Below are positions 26,279 to 35,856 of a DNA stretch of 53,993 bases, piece by piece. The notes under the pieces are model-generated. The model worked only from the letters and a program-made list of their open reading frames with translations. It was not told where the DNA came from and searched no databases. Position 1 is the stretch's first letter; each line of letters starts with the position of its first letter. Source of the stretch: a virus. Lineage: Duplodnaviria; Caudoviricetes. The position numbers and the translations under genes were made by a program. The DNA lies in the IMG/VR virus record IMGVR_UViG_3300012940_000005, positions 1 to 53,993 of that record. One strand, written 5' to 3'.

Positions 26279-28670
26279 TGCCCACGTCCTTGCGGCGATA
26301 CACAGGGATGCGCTGGCTGTTTACGTACCAGCGGCCACGCGCATCCTGTGGGTTGGGGAAGGCCCTGTAACCTGCCCGCTCCATTTCGCGCGCCACTTTG
26401 CGGCGGTTGCCCGGCTGGGCGCACCAGCCCGCGAGTTCCAGCCCGCCAGCTTCGGCAATCTGGGGCACCGTCACCCATTCAGGGCGGCCCAGCTTGTCCA
26501 GCGCGCTGTTGAATCGGTCGTCCTCCACCGGGCGTCCGCCTTCAACTAGCTGGTGCCACCACGCCGTTTGCACAGGCCGTGCGGCCCGGTTCCAGCCGCG
26601 TGCCTCAAGGTCCAGCGTGGCAAGGTAGTGCGCCACGTAATCGAGGCCCCCGGCGTTGTACCAGTCCCAGATGGCGCCGCTGTCTTCTTCGGTCATCTTT
26701 TCAGCATCGGACCACGCGCAATAGTGCCGCCGGTCCTCCGGGTCAATGTACAGGCCGTCAACGCCGTGGTTTGTCGTCACCACCAGCCGCAGCACGTTCA
26801 GGACTTGGTGTTTGCGGATGTATTTGTCATTGCAGAGCAGCGTTGCAGGCGGCGCGGCTGCCAAGTCCTTGCAGCGTTCGTACATTTCGTACCGGGTAAT
26901 GCCGGTGAATCCGCTGTCCCCCATGTCCCGCGATTCGCTAATCTGCACCACGCGCGAGGCCACCCACGGGTTAGTGGAGTCCACCAAATCACTGGGCTTG
27001 ATGACGGAGAAATTGCGGTGGCCGACCGCATGGCGCAGTGGCGCCAGCAGCGTATCTTTTCCGATACCATGCACTCCGGAGCCAAGGACCAGCGCATGGT
27101 TGCACTTGTGCTGCGGGAACTGCACGGCGTCCGCGCAATAGTTGACTATGTGGTCAGCGTCTTCAGGATACAGGCGCGCAATCAGGTCCAGCCACGGCTT
27201 CACGTCACCTGCGATGGTGGCGGGCTTCGGCGGCTGGTATCGGTTGTACAGCCATGACTCCGCGGCCTTGAAGTCCGTGGGGTCCATGTCCTTCACGCGG
27301 AAGCGCTCCGGGTAGCCGGGCGCCCACGTCATGCGATGCACGGGCACGGCGCTGTACAGGGCCATGCGTGCGTCCTTGCCAATCACGTTGTCCAGCACGG
27401 TGGCCGGGTGCAAGTCACCAGTGGGGCGGTGGATAAATTCGCCGGTCTGGTGGTACGCAAAGTAATCGTTCAGCGTCGCAAGGTCCGCCACGTTCATCAA
27501 CGCAGCTTCGCCGGCTGTCGGCACCTGCCCCGGCTGGGTAGGCGGCGGTGGCGCTCCGTTTGGCGGGTCAGGGACGTTGCTGGGGTGGCTTGGATCAAGG
27601 GACAGCGTGACGCCCATGGACGTGACTGGCGCGTCTGTTGGCGGCTCTGGGGCCTCCGGCGCAGCCTGCATGAAGTGCCACTGTTTCGCGTTCTGGCAGG
27701 CACGCTCACAGACGCGCGGAACTTTGCGTTCCTGCCAGTCAACGTCCCCACCGCGCGCACGCGCGAGTCCGGACGCGAGCATCAGCCGTTCCATGCGGTC
27801 CTGATCGCTGCCCGTCCAGTACGCGAGTTCACCGGCCAGCGCCATGTCTGCCTGCGTGCGGCTGTACGCCTGTCCGGCTTCGCTGGGCGATGGTGGGAAG
27901 CGCGTGGCCAGCCAGTCTTCATTCGCTGACCACAACATGGCGAAGTGAATGGGGCCACCAAGCCGTTCATCAGGGCGCGTCCGTGTATGGCACGCGATGG
28001 TCAACAGCGTGGTGTCATCGGAAGGCCCGGCCCACCCCGGCACCGGACCAGATGCCTGTACCTGCAATACAGGCGGGGCTGGCGCCACCGGGGTGGGCGG
28101 GAACAGGGCACCGTCAGCGTGAAACACGCGGGCGGCTTCGGGTATGAGGCACACGCCGGGCAGGTAGGACAGGCGCGTGGCGTCCTTCGCTGCCGGGTCC
28201 GCGGCATTCGCGAACATGGCGGACAGCGTGTGCCATGTGGCCTTGTGCTGTTCCGCATCCATGGGTGTTCCCACGGGAACGAACACACGCCAGCGCTCCG
28301 CACCGGGCTGATGGGCGTATGTGGTGAACGCCACATAGCTGTAGCCGGCCAGCGTCGCGGCTATCGTTTCTGCGGTGATCCAGCCGGCGTCAAAATCCAG
28401 CGGAACGCCGCAACTGTGCAACAGGCTGGTGTACTCGCGTCGGCCCCCACCGAAGTCCGCCAGCACTACATACGCGCCGTCCTTGTCGTCATGGATGCGT
28501 TGGCCTTCGGGGGACTTGCTGGGGAACTGCTTCAGGTACGCATATTCAGCGGGCGTGATGGTGGCGGCCCGGCGCGGGTGTTGATACACCCACTGCACGA
28601 AGTCCGCCCATGAACATTCAATGCGTTGTGGTACAGCGTCGGACGCAGCCCGACCAATGGAAATTAGCAA
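26238..28670 (-). CDS. Primase-helicase (primase-like N-terminus + SF3/DUF5906-type NTPase)
   Basis: LD.D and T..H primase motifs, Pro-rich linker, G..GIGKDT Walker A, TTNH, DRR. Confidence 0.85.
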   Translation of the reverse strand: MLISIGRAASDAVPQRIECSWADFVQWVYQHPRRAATITPAEYAYLKQFPSKSPEGQRIHDDKDGAYVVLADFGGGRREYTSLLHSCGVPLDFDAGWITAETIAATLAGYSYVAFTTYAHQPGAERWRVFVPVGTPMDAEQHKATWHTLSAMFANAADPAAKDATRLSYLPGVCLIPEAARVFHADGALFPPTPVAPAPPVLQVQASGPVPGWAGPSDDTTLLTIACHTRTRPDERLGGPIHFAMLWSANEDWLATRFPPSPSEAGQAYSRTQADMALAGELAYWTGSDQDRMERLMLASGLARARGGDVDWQERKVPRVCERACQNAKQWHFMQAAPEAPEPPTDAPVTSMGVTLSLDPSHPSNVPDPPNGAPPPPTQPGQVPTAGEAALMNVADLATLNDYFAYHQTGEFIHRPTGDLHPATVLDNVIGKDARMALYSAVPVHRMTWAPGYPERFRVKDMDPTDFKAAESWLYNRYQPPKPATIAGDVKPWLDLIARLYPEDADHIVNYCADAVQFPQHKCNHALVLGSGVHGIGKDTLLAPLRHAVGHRNFSVIKPSDLVDSTNPWVASRVVQISESRDMGDSGFTGITRYEMYERCKDLAAAPPATLLCNDKYIRKHQVLNVLRLVVTTNHGVDGLYIDPEDRRHYCAWSDAEKMTEEDSGAIWDWYNAGGLDYVAHYLATLDLEARGWNRAARPVQTAWWHQLVEGGRPVEDDRFNSALDKLGRPEWVTVPQIAEAGGLELAGWCAQPGNRRKVAREMERAGYRAFPNPQDARGRWYVNSQRIPVYRRKDVGITALLQQFGAGKP

Positions 28671-29076
28671 ATTCGGCCCCGGTCATTGCAGGTGAACGGT
28701 TCAGCTACTTACGCGGCGCCCCAGACTAGGGTCACGGGATTCACGCCCAACGGTCCCCGCCGCGTTTTCGCTGTAAGCCTCCAGCGCATCACCGTCTGGT
28801 ATTCCGGCCCGTATGACCTCCGGGGCATTTACAGGGCGGTGCGGGTTTCGGCTACCGGCGACAGTAGGCGAAGTTACACGGTGATGTCAAACCTACACCG
28901 CCCCCTTGCAATTTCTCCAGCGCTGGCATAGCCGAAGCCGCCGAAAGTGTGGCGCTGTCCTACAAAAGCGGCGCAACCTTGTAGGACATATCTGACTTTT
29001 TGGGGCTGGCACGCTGGTTGCTTGTCTGACGGCACGGTCAACTTTGACCGCAACGTCAATACGAGGAACTACGAAC

Positions 29077-29784
29077 ATGGCTACGCGAATTCACACCAAC
29101 GGCAACGTCATTTCCCTGATTGTGAAAGCGCACTACGCGCGAGTCACACCGGAAATGGTGGAACAGCTTGCGCATCTGGTCGTCACCGGGCAGGACGCGG
29201 ACAGCACGTACCTGCGGGTGGTGTTGGCCCAAATGCAGGCGCGGCTGGGCAGGCCCCGGCGCGGCAAACAGCCGCCGCAGGAACCCGTACTGGATCAGGT
29301 ACACGAAGCGCTGTACCCCAGCGTGCTGAAGGGAGTGGGACCCGATGACATGCCGCAGGAGGAACGGAACCGGAAAGCCACCTTTGCGCGTTCGGCGGCG
29401 TCAACCATCCGCTTTTTCATCCGCAACGGCGGCGACGTTCGCGGGCTGGATGTGGCGACTGCCACCAAGTCCGGCCTGCGTCGCGCGGTGCAGCCGGAGC
29501 GCAGCGAGGCCATCGAAGGCGAGACACGCGCACAGCGTGCGTTCAGGCGCGCCGCGGACACGCTGCTGGCATCAGCGCAGCGTCTGGCACGTGGGGACCC
29601 CGAAGACGCGCGGGCGCGGGTGGAAACGCTGATGGACCAGCTTGAACAGTTGCTGAACGAACTGGGCGAGCCGGGCCAGCAGCCGCAGGACATGGGCGCA
29701 ACCACCACGATAGTGGCGGGGCGGCCGGGCGTTGGACGCGGTGGCGCGGCTCCGGGCGCCATGCTCCACCGTCCCGCCGGTTGA
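29077..29784 (+). CDS. Hypothetical protein
   Basis: ATG at 29077 with GAGG RBS. Confidence 0.7.
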   Translation: MATRIHTNGNVISLIVKAHYARVTPEMVEQLAHLVVTGQDADSTYLRVVLAQMQARLGRPRRGKQPPQEPVLDQVHEALYPSVLKGVGPDDMPQEERNRKATFARSAASTIRFFIRNGGDVRGLDVATATKSGLRRAVQPERSEAIEGETRAQRAFRRAADTLLASAQRLARGDPEDARARVETLMDQLEQLLNELGEPGQQPQDMGATTTIVAGRPGVGRGGAAPGAMLHRPAG

Positions 29785-29785
29785 C

Positions 29786-30148
29786 GTGGCGGGAACGCTC
29801 ACCCTGTCGCGAGTGGAACAGGAGGCTGTACGGCGTCACCTTGACGTTCAGTACAGCCGCCTGTGCCGGCAGGCCCAGCCCGCGCACCCTGATTGCCCGG
29901 TCCTTCACCGGGTAATGACGCGGCTGGAGCATGACACCACGGTAGGGTTGACGACACTGGAAACCATCGTTGTGCTACGTCACCTGCGGTACCAGCACCG
30001 CCGGCTGTCGGATGACATGATGGCGTTGGAAGAACGGCGGATGCGCGGCGGGGTGAACGGCAATCTGGACGCCACGCACCGGGCGCTGGATACGGACGCC
30101 ACCATACTGGCGGACGTGCTTCGGCGACTCTGGGACATGTTGGCTTGA
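29786..30148 (+). CDS. Hypothetical helical protein with internal twofold repeat
   Basis: L...E....RHL..Q..RL occurs twice; start uncertain. Confidence 0.55.
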   Translation: MAGTLTLSRVEQEAVRRHLDVQYSRLCRQAQPAHPDCPVLHRVMTRLEHDTTVGLTTLETIVVLRHLRYQHRRLSDDMMALEERRMRGGVNGNLDATHRALDTDATILADVLRRLWDMLA

Positions 30149-30247
30149 CTTGGCCGCCCCGTCAGTCTGCTGGTTGGTTTGGAGCCGTCCCGCGTTACGT
30201 TCCCGCGGGAACACTGGACCAGCCAAGCGTGACGGGGCGGTCAATTC

Positions 30248-30290
30248 TGTGACATGCGTCACTTGACCGTTCGGTCAAACTGACTATACT
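30248..30290 (+). promoter_or_regulatory. Early promoter (near-duplicate of 30585-30627)
   Basis: TGTGA-CATGCG-TCACT, TTGACC-N16-TATACT. Confidence 0.75.
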
Positions 30291-30317
30291 GGCCACACTT
30301 TCAACGGAGACGCCCCC

Positions 30318-30560
30318 ATGTCCACCATCTACTTCGCCACCACTTGCCCCACTTGCTGCAAGGCTCCGGACGCTCCGTTCCGTGTATACAGCCCGGAAGG
30401 CAAAATCATCAACGGGTGTGTGGACCACTTCCACGAAGGCCACTTGGTAAGCCCCAGCCAGTCGTCCGCGTGGCATCACCGGAAGGAAGCGAAGGCCATT
30501 CGCGCCGCGTCGCGAAAGATGCGCGGCGGTTGCGTGACGGAGTACCGGCGCGACGCATGA
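30318..30560 (+). CDS. Small Cys/His-rich early protein
   Basis: GGAG RBS, behind promoter 30248-30290. Confidence 0.7.
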   Translation: MSTIYFATTCPTCCKAPDAPFRVYSPEGKIINGCVDHFHEGHLVSPSQSSAWHHRKEAKAIRAASRKMRGGCVTEYRRDA

Positions 30561-30584
30561 TGGAGGCACGTCAGCATCCCAAAC

Positions 30585-30627
30585 CGTGACGCGTGTCACT
30601 TGACCGTTCGGTCAAACTGACTATACT
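30585..30627 (+). promoter_or_regulatory. Early promoter
   Basis: CGTGA-CGCGTG-TCACT, TTGACC-N16-TATACT. Confidence 0.75.
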
Positions 30628-30661
30628 GGCCACACTTTCAACGGGTACGGGGGTACCAACG

Positions 30662-31213
30662 ATGAAAACCACTCACACGCACCGCGGCCACTGTCAGGCG
30701 TGCGGCGCGATTCAGGCAATTGACAACACCACGGGCTTGCTGGCCAAACACGGGTACCGGGTGGCGGGCTTTGGATACTTCATGGGTGTCTGCCCCGGTG
30801 CCGGTCACCAGTCGCTGGAGAAAGAGCGCGCCTACACGGATTTCATCATCGCGGACATGCGCCGGCTTGCAGCCGAGTACGCACAACACGCTCTCGACCT
30901 GACGGCCGGGAAGATTCACCCCGACACGGTGGATACGGGCGTACGTGATGACAGCAACCCCAACGTTCCGATATGGAAGCGCCCCACCATCAGGGTGCCG
31001 TTTGCGCAGGGTACGGAGTACCAGCAGAAGCGGGCCGTGGAACTGGCGGTATCGGCTGCGGAGCGTGAATCTCGGGCGCACAACGTACATGGCGACATGC
31101 TTGCGAAGCTGGCCGCGGACATCTACGGCAAGGATACCCTCCCGGTGAAGACGAAAGAGCCCCCGGCGAGGATTTATGACGGTCTGAAGTTCAACGGCGG
31201 GGCGAAGGCGTAA
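30662..31213 (+). CDS. Early protein with putative Zn ribbon
   Basis: G.CQ.CG...KHGY...C.G; behind promoter 30585-30627. Confidence 0.7.
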   Translation: MKTTHTHRGHCQACGAIQAIDNTTGLLAKHGYRVAGFGYFMGVCPGAGHQSLEKERAYTDFIIADMRRLAAEYAQHALDLTAGKIHPDTVDTGVRDDSNPNVPIWKRPTIRVPFAQGTEYQQKRAVELAVSAAERESRAHNVHGDMLAKLAADIYGKDTLPVKTKEPPARIYDGLKFNGGAKA

Positions 31214-31226
31214 CAGACTCCAACCA

Positions 31227-31493
31227 GTGCGGGGCGCCCACGGCCCCGCGGGGGTGACTCAAGTGTTGAAGGTTATTTTCACGGTGAAGCAGACAGGCCA
31301 GCGCTGGCGCGCTTGCGGAGTGAACGCTGCGGCCATCATGGACGCATACTCGCATGCCGCCGCCACGGGCTCCGTGGGGCAGCGGGACACCGTTTGTGAC
31401 GTGGACCCGGTGACGTACAGGGCCGGCCCTGAACGCCTGCTGGCGGAAGTCCATCGCATTGACGAAACAGGCAAGGACGTACAGCCGTCATGA
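31227..31493 (+). CDS. Hypothetical protein
   Basis: ORF coupled (ATGA) to next gene; start uncertain. Confidence 0.45.
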   Translation: MRGAHGPAGVTQVLKVIFTVKQTGQRWRACGVNAAAIMDAYSHAAATGSVGQRDTVCDVDPVTYRAGPERLLAEVHRIDETGKDVQPS

Positions 31494-31660
31494 AGCCGCT
31501 GCGCTGCCTGATTGGGCTGCATGACTGGGAGATGACCAGCACGCCCGTGCTGGTGCCGGGTGCCCTGTACTACATAGCGCCGTGTAAATGCACGCGCTGC
31601 CCGGTGACGAAAACGCGCCGGGTTGACCACCGCGACAAATACGCGAAGGTGAAGCCGTGA
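31490..31660 (+). CDS. Small Zn-finger-like protein (not in ORF track)
   Basis: MKPLRCLIGLHDWEM...CKCTRC...; 56 aa with overlaps at both ends. Confidence 0.6.
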   Translation: MKPLRCLIGLHDWEMTSTPVLVPGALYYIAPCKCTRCPVTKTRRVDHRDKYAKVKP

Positions 31661-32334
31661 GATACCGCAATCCGAACAGTTACAAGGCCCGGCCGTGCCC
31701 CGGTTGTGGGGTGGTGGCGCCGCGGGCGGAAGGTACCCTATGCACGCTTTGCCGTGACCAGTTGGAGGCATACCGCCGGTACAAGCCGCAGATTGACCAA
31801 CTGGCCAGCCGTGAGTCCCACCAGTATTTCATTGGCGAGCGCATGTACGTTCCCAAGGGCGCCAAGTACGTCAGCCGGGACTTCGGTGACAACGTTTCCG
31901 ACAACGGTACGGAAGCCGGGGTGTTCTTCGGCAAGGCGTTCAAGCGCATGCTGGAGGCCATCTGCCCCAGCAGGGAAGTGGAGTTCAAGGAACAGGGCGG
32001 CCGGTTCCCCGGCGGCATCTTCCATGACCATGATGACGTGGCGCGGTACCTGCACCAAATGAAAGACGGGCACGGCGCGAAGCGCGGCACGTTGGTGGAA
32101 CTGACGCAAGAGGGCCGGGAGGCTGTGCGCGACGTGTACGTGGCCATAAACCTGCTGCTGCGCGAGGCCACGCAGGATGGCCGGGAGAGGGGCCAGAACC
32201 TGTTACAACAACTTGCCGCTGGGGAAGTGGCGGTGGGAGACTTTGAGCGGCACTTGGACGATATAGCGCGCAATCGGCGCGAGTCCGACCAGATAGCCAC
32301 GCACAAAATGAAACAGATGGAACGGGACGACTGA
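31657..32334 (+). CDS. Hypothetical protein with N-terminal CxxC...CxxC
   Basis: CPGC/CTLC; 225 aa. Confidence 0.7.
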   Translation: MRYRNPNSYKARPCPGCGVVAPRAEGTLCTLCRDQLEAYRRYKPQIDQLASRESHQYFIGERMYVPKGAKYVSRDFGDNVSDNGTEAGVFFGKAFKRMLEAICPSREVEFKEQGGRFPGGIFHDHDDVARYLHQMKDGHGAKRGTLVELTQEGREAVRDVYVAINLLLREATQDGRERGQNLLQQLAAGEVAVGDFERHLDDIARNRRESDQIATHKMKQMERDD

Positions 32335-32406
32335 ACCCCCGAGCAACCCCCGGCCGGCGTGGATACACACGTCACTGGCCACGAAGCGCTGGCCGGGGTG
32401 TTGTTT

Positions 32407-32448
32407 TGTGACGGGGTTCTAGGAATTTGACGGGCCGGTCAGTATACT
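32407..32448 (+). promoter_or_regulatory. Early promoter, variant architecture
   Basis: TGTGACGGGGTTCTAGGAATTTGACGGGCCGGTCAGTATACT; near copy at 32970. Confidence 0.7.
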
Positions 32449-32481
32449 GGCCACACTTTCAACGCAACGGGGGTCGCAGCA

Positions 32482-32601
32482 ATGAACCAGTTTAACTATC
32501 AGACGCCGGTGGGAACCTTCCGAACTTGGGAAGAAGCGGCCAACGCGTGCGAGCGTTGCGACCTTGACCCCTGCACCTGTATCACTCCGGTGCGGTCATG
32601 A
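32482..32601 (+). CDS. 39-aa Cys-rich early peptide (not in ORF track)
   Basis: MNQFNYQTPVGTFRTWEEAANACERCDLDPCTCITPVRS; right behind promoter; ATGA overlap with next gene. Confidence 0.6.
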   Translation: MNQFNYQTPVGTFRTWEEAANACERCDLDPCTCITPVRS

Positions 32602-32882
32602 GCGGCAACTATTGGCGCCACCCGGTGGTGGGGTACTGTACGAACTTTGGGCAGGTATATTGCACCTGCCACGGGGTGGAGCAACCCGGAACACTGGGGG
32701 ACAAGTTGATAGGTGACTACCCCGCGCGCCGCGTGCCTCATAAGGTGGAGCGCATCATACGCGGTGATGACGGATGGGACGGCACCCCGTGTGAATGGCC
32801 CGGCTGCGGAAACGTCATTCCGCCACGTGGCAAAGCCACGGAGTTTGTAAACGGCTCACTTCAAGCGGAGTTTTCCAAGTGA
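32598..32882 (+). CDS. Cys-containing hypothetical protein
   Basis: Coupled ORF. Confidence 0.6.
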   Translation: MSGNYWRHPVVGYCTNFGQVYCTCHGVEQPGTLGDKLIGDYPARRVPHKVERIIRGDDGWDGTPCEWPGCGNVIPPRGKATEFVNGSLQAEFSK

Positions 32883-32969
32883 CCAACAAACGCGTAAATA
32901 TGACGGGGAACCGCCGTCCCTGTAAAACCCGCTAACCTGCGCCGCGCCGTCCGGGCGTTGTTTCCGAAG

Positions 32970-33011
32970 TGTGACGGGGTTCTAGGAATTTGACGGGGCC
33001 GTCAGTATACT
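32970..33011 (+). promoter_or_regulatory. Early promoter, variant architecture
   Basis: TGTGACGGGGTTCTAGGAATTTGACGGGGCCGTCAGTATACT. Confidence 0.7.
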
Positions 33012-33045
33012 GGCCCACAGTTTACAACAGGGTACGGGGGTACCA

Positions 33046-33543
33046 ATGAGCAACACTCGCGTTGACCAGACCGGAAACGGGTTTTGTGGCCCGCTAGTTC
33101 TGGCCGCCATCATGGGGTGCAGCACCGCTGAAGCTGCGGAGCGTGTACGCCAAGCCACCCTCCAGAAGCGGGCCATTAAAGGCACCGATTGGTGGGAACT
33201 GGAAATGACCCTGCGCCAGCGCGGGTTCCGTACATCCCACAAACAGGTACCGGCGCAGCGCTACGTGGCGGACCGCGTGCCCGGCAAACCGTTGCTGAAC
33301 GGGGCCAAGTGGGACGCGCAGTACACGCCTGTGAAACTGGTGGGGCCGACGCTGGCAGAATGGCTCCGCACCACCAAGCGGGACCCAGACGCGTACTACA
33401 TCATTGAAGTGCCGCACCACTGGGTACTGGTGAAGGGCCGCAAGTTTGTGGACACGTTCACCGAGGGTGAATGGGTGTTCCTGCGCAGCGCCCCACACCG
33501 TCGCAAACGCGTGAAGGCCGTCTGGAAAGTGGAGCGCATATGA
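33046..33543 (+). CDS. Hypothetical early protein
   Basis: Behind promoter 32970-33011; CGP...HHW...D residues loosely recall papain-like peptidase folds. Confidence 0.7.
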   Translation: MSNTRVDQTGNGFCGPLVLAAIMGCSTAEAAERVRQATLQKRAIKGTDWWELEMTLRQRGFRTSHKQVPAQRYVADRVPGKPLLNGAKWDAQYTPVKLVGPTLAEWLRTTKRDPDAYYIIEVPHHWVLVKGRKFVDTFTEGEWVFLRSAPHRRKRVKAVWKVERI

Positions 33544-33896
33544 AAAGCGTTTACGAAATCCGCGTCACCGGCAAGGGCCAAAGCGCTGGCTGCGTGAATA
33601 CTTTCACTGCGCTGGTGGAGTCGCTGAAGCATCGGGAACAGGAACACGGAGAAATGCTGGTGACGTATGACGAAGCGGTCAGCATCGTGAAGTCCCGGCG
33701 CGTGCGTACGGTGTTCATCCGCGCGAACCAGCAGGCGCCCAGTAAAGACAAGCCGGACCACGCCTACCGCGCTACGGGGTCCGTGGAAGTGAAACGGCGG
33801 GAAGCCCTGCGGTTTTTGGACAGCGCTTACAGCAGGCTGAAGGACAGGGCCATGGTGGAAATGTCCTTGCACGGCAACTGCCTTTTTATCGGGTGA
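33540..33896 (+). CDS. Hypothetical protein
   Basis: ATGA coupling; MKSVYEIRV... Confidence 0.65.
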   Translation: MKSVYEIRVTGKGQSAGCVNTFTALVESLKHREQEHGEMLVTYDEAVSIVKSRRVRTVFIRANQQAPSKDKPDHAYRATGSVEVKRREALRFLDSAYSRLKDRAMVEMSLHGNCLFIG

Positions 33897-34053
33897 TGTA
33901 TGCAGGGTGACAAACTCTGGCGCGTCCCCACGATGCGCCACGGCGGCAGCGAACGCGAAGTGACCGTGACGAAGGTGGGGCGCCCAACCACGCGCCCGAA
34001 GGCGTGACAGTCGAAACCATCCGCAGCGTACGGCGTACGCTGTTCGGGGAGGA

Positions 34054-34521
34054 TTGAAAACCGTGGACCTGAAAGAACTGATTCGCGCGCAGGTGCGCGA
34101 AATGATCCGCAGCGAACTGAATGCGGCCACTGCTGAAGTGATCCGCGAAGAACTGGGCGGGACGGTCAAACCCGTACCCCCGACGCAGCCGGCAGCCGCC
34201 ACCCCCGCGGCTCCGGCGGCCGTCCCGCCCACTCTGCCCAAGCGCGGCCGACTCCAGCGCTACGGCACCAATTGCTACGTGCGCGTCAATGCCACGTTCA
34301 AAGGCCCCGTTGGCGCTGCGGGCTCGCGCTCCGTGGAAGTGTGGGAGGCCATCCGCCAGCATATCGGTGAAAAGCCCATCAAGCGCGGCAAACTGATGGA
34401 CGAACTGGGAGTCCTGTTGCCGCATATTCCGCGCGGTACCACCACGGCGCAGGTGACGCACCTGCTGGATGGCGGCGCGCTGGTGGTTCACACGCTTCGC
34501 ATTGGAGACGCTACGGCATAG
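34054..34521 (+). CDS. Hypothetical protein, possible C-terminal winged helix
   Basis: GGGGAGG RBS; Pro/Ala linker. Confidence 0.65.
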   Translation: MKTVDLKELIRAQVREMIRSELNAATAEVIREELGGTVKPVPPTQPAAATPAAPAAVPPTLPKRGRLQRYGTNCYVRVNATFKGPVGAAGSRSVEVWEAIRQHIGEKPIKRGKLMDELGVLLPHIPRGTTTAQVTHLLDGGALVVHTLRIGDATA

Positions 34522-34527
34522 TGGAAC

Positions 34528-34570
34528 TGTGACGCGGTTCATTTGACGGAACGGTCAAGGCCAATACCAT
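34528..34570 (+). promoter_or_regulatory. Promoter
   Basis: TGTGA-CGCGGT-TCATT, TTGACG-N16-TACCAT. Confidence 0.6.
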
Positions 34571-34578
34571 GCGCGCCC

Positions 34579-34887
34579 ATGGACACGTCATACACTTCAG
34601 CCAGCCTTCGGTACCGGGAAGCCCTTGCGGTTCCCGCGCCGATGACGCGAACGGACCGCATGAACCAGCAGGCCCTTGAATCCCTGCTGGTTGACTTGGC
34701 CCTGACGAAGCGGGCGACGGCTCGCGCCTACGTGCGCAAGCGCTGGGCGCTCCGGCAGTTGGTACGCATGGGCGTGCTAACGCCGGAGCAAGCCCGTGCC
34801 GGCATGTGCCCGCTGGTGAACCTGCTTTGCAAGTGGCGCGCGTTGCGCCAAATGATCCGGGAGGAAACAGGCAATGTTCCAGCTTAA
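34579..34887 (+). CDS. Hypothetical protein
   Basis: Behind promoter 34528-34570; start uncertain. Confidence 0.55.
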   Translation: MDTSYTSASLRYREALAVPAPMTRTDRMNQQALESLLVDLALTKRATARAYVRKRWALRQLVRMGVLTPEQARAGMCPLVNLLCKWRALRQMIREETGNVPA

Positions 34888-35125
34888 ACGCGGGCTGTAC
34901 ATCGTGGCGGGGCGTGACGGCCGGGTGGCCTCCAAGGGCTACCGTGGCGTTGCCGGCGCCCCGTTCATCTGGTCGCAGGTGGACCCGCGGCAGGCTCCCC
35001 CGGACTATATGCTGACGTGGGAGACCCAAAACGGCGCCCAGAAGTTTGCCGACATGAACGGCGGGAATGTGACCACCGTCATGGAATACTTTTACAGCCC
35101 GGCGCAGACTGCCGGCACCAACTGA
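34874..35125 (+). CDS. Hypothetical protein
   Basis: GGAGG RBS. Confidence 0.65.
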   Translation: MFQLKRGLYIVAGRDGRVASKGYRGVAGAPFIWSQVDPRQAPPDYMLTWETQNGAQKFADMNGGNVTTVMEYFYSPAQTAGTN

Positions 35126-35140
35126 CTGGAGTGTCAAACG

Positions 35141-35347
35141 ATGGAACAGGTAAGAAGTGACATTGTGGCGTCTGTCCGCATGAACGCCACCATTCCTGCC
35201 AACGGGGTCCGGGCTGACGGGTTCATTGGCGCCATTGCGCGCCCGGTGTACCTGCCTCCGCACTTCGGCACCAAGCCGCTGCCGCTGAATCGGCTGCACA
35301 ACGTCCGGCTGGTGTTCCCCGCGCTGCTGCGCCCGGTGCAGCCGTGA
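35141..35347 (+). CDS. Hypothetical protein
   Basis: GGAG RBS; GTGA coupling. Confidence 0.55.
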   Translation: MEQVRSDIVASVRMNATIPANGVRADGFIGAIARPVYLPPHFGTKPLPLNRLHNVRLVFPALLRPVQP

Positions 35348-35856
35348 GGCTCCGGGACCACTTCACGCCGCCGGGCGTGTCCGTCATCGCCGTGCTGCTG
35401 ACACTGCTGGTCATACTGTTGCTGTCCGGCTGTGCCGCCATCATGCCGGTGGGGTCGCTGCCAGAACGCACGTACGCGACCAAGGCGGCCCACCGCGCGG
35501 AACTGGCATGGCTGACCCTTCACGCGGTAGATACCGCCCAGACCGTCACCATAGCGCGTTCCCCGGACTGTTTGCGGGAGGCCAACCCGCTGGCGTCCGC
35601 CGTGTACGGCTCCGACCACCCCAGCCCGCAGCGCGTCCTGTTGACCAACGTGGCGCTGGGCTGGGCGCATTACGAACTGGGCGGCTGGCTGGACCGGAAC
35701 ACGGAACGGGCCTTTGTGGAGGATTCTGGAGCCCGCGGGGGCTGGTACGTTGCCCGCGGGGCCTACTATGCCGTCAGCTTCCTTGGGACCGGGCTGGCGG
35801 TCAGCAACAACGCGTCCCAAGGTATCCGGCCGTTCAGCCGGGTGGAGTGCAGATGA
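35344..35856 (+). CDS. Putative lipoprotein/membrane protein
   Basis: Hydrophobic stretch ending in lipobox LSGC; D..QT and EANPL motifs. Confidence 0.65.
   Translation: MRLRDHFTPPGVSVIAVLLTLLVILLLSGCAAIMPVGSLPERTYATKAAHRAELAWLTLHAVDTAQTVTIARSPDCLREANPLASAVYGSDHPSPQRVLLTNVALGWAHYELGGWLDRNTERAFVEDSGARGGWYVARGAYYAVSFLGTGLAVSNNASQGIRPFSRVECR

Noticed and set aside
30248-33045. Repeats as a CRISPR array
   Set aside because: Spacing is irregular (hundreds to thousands of bp) with genes in between; they are promoter cassettes
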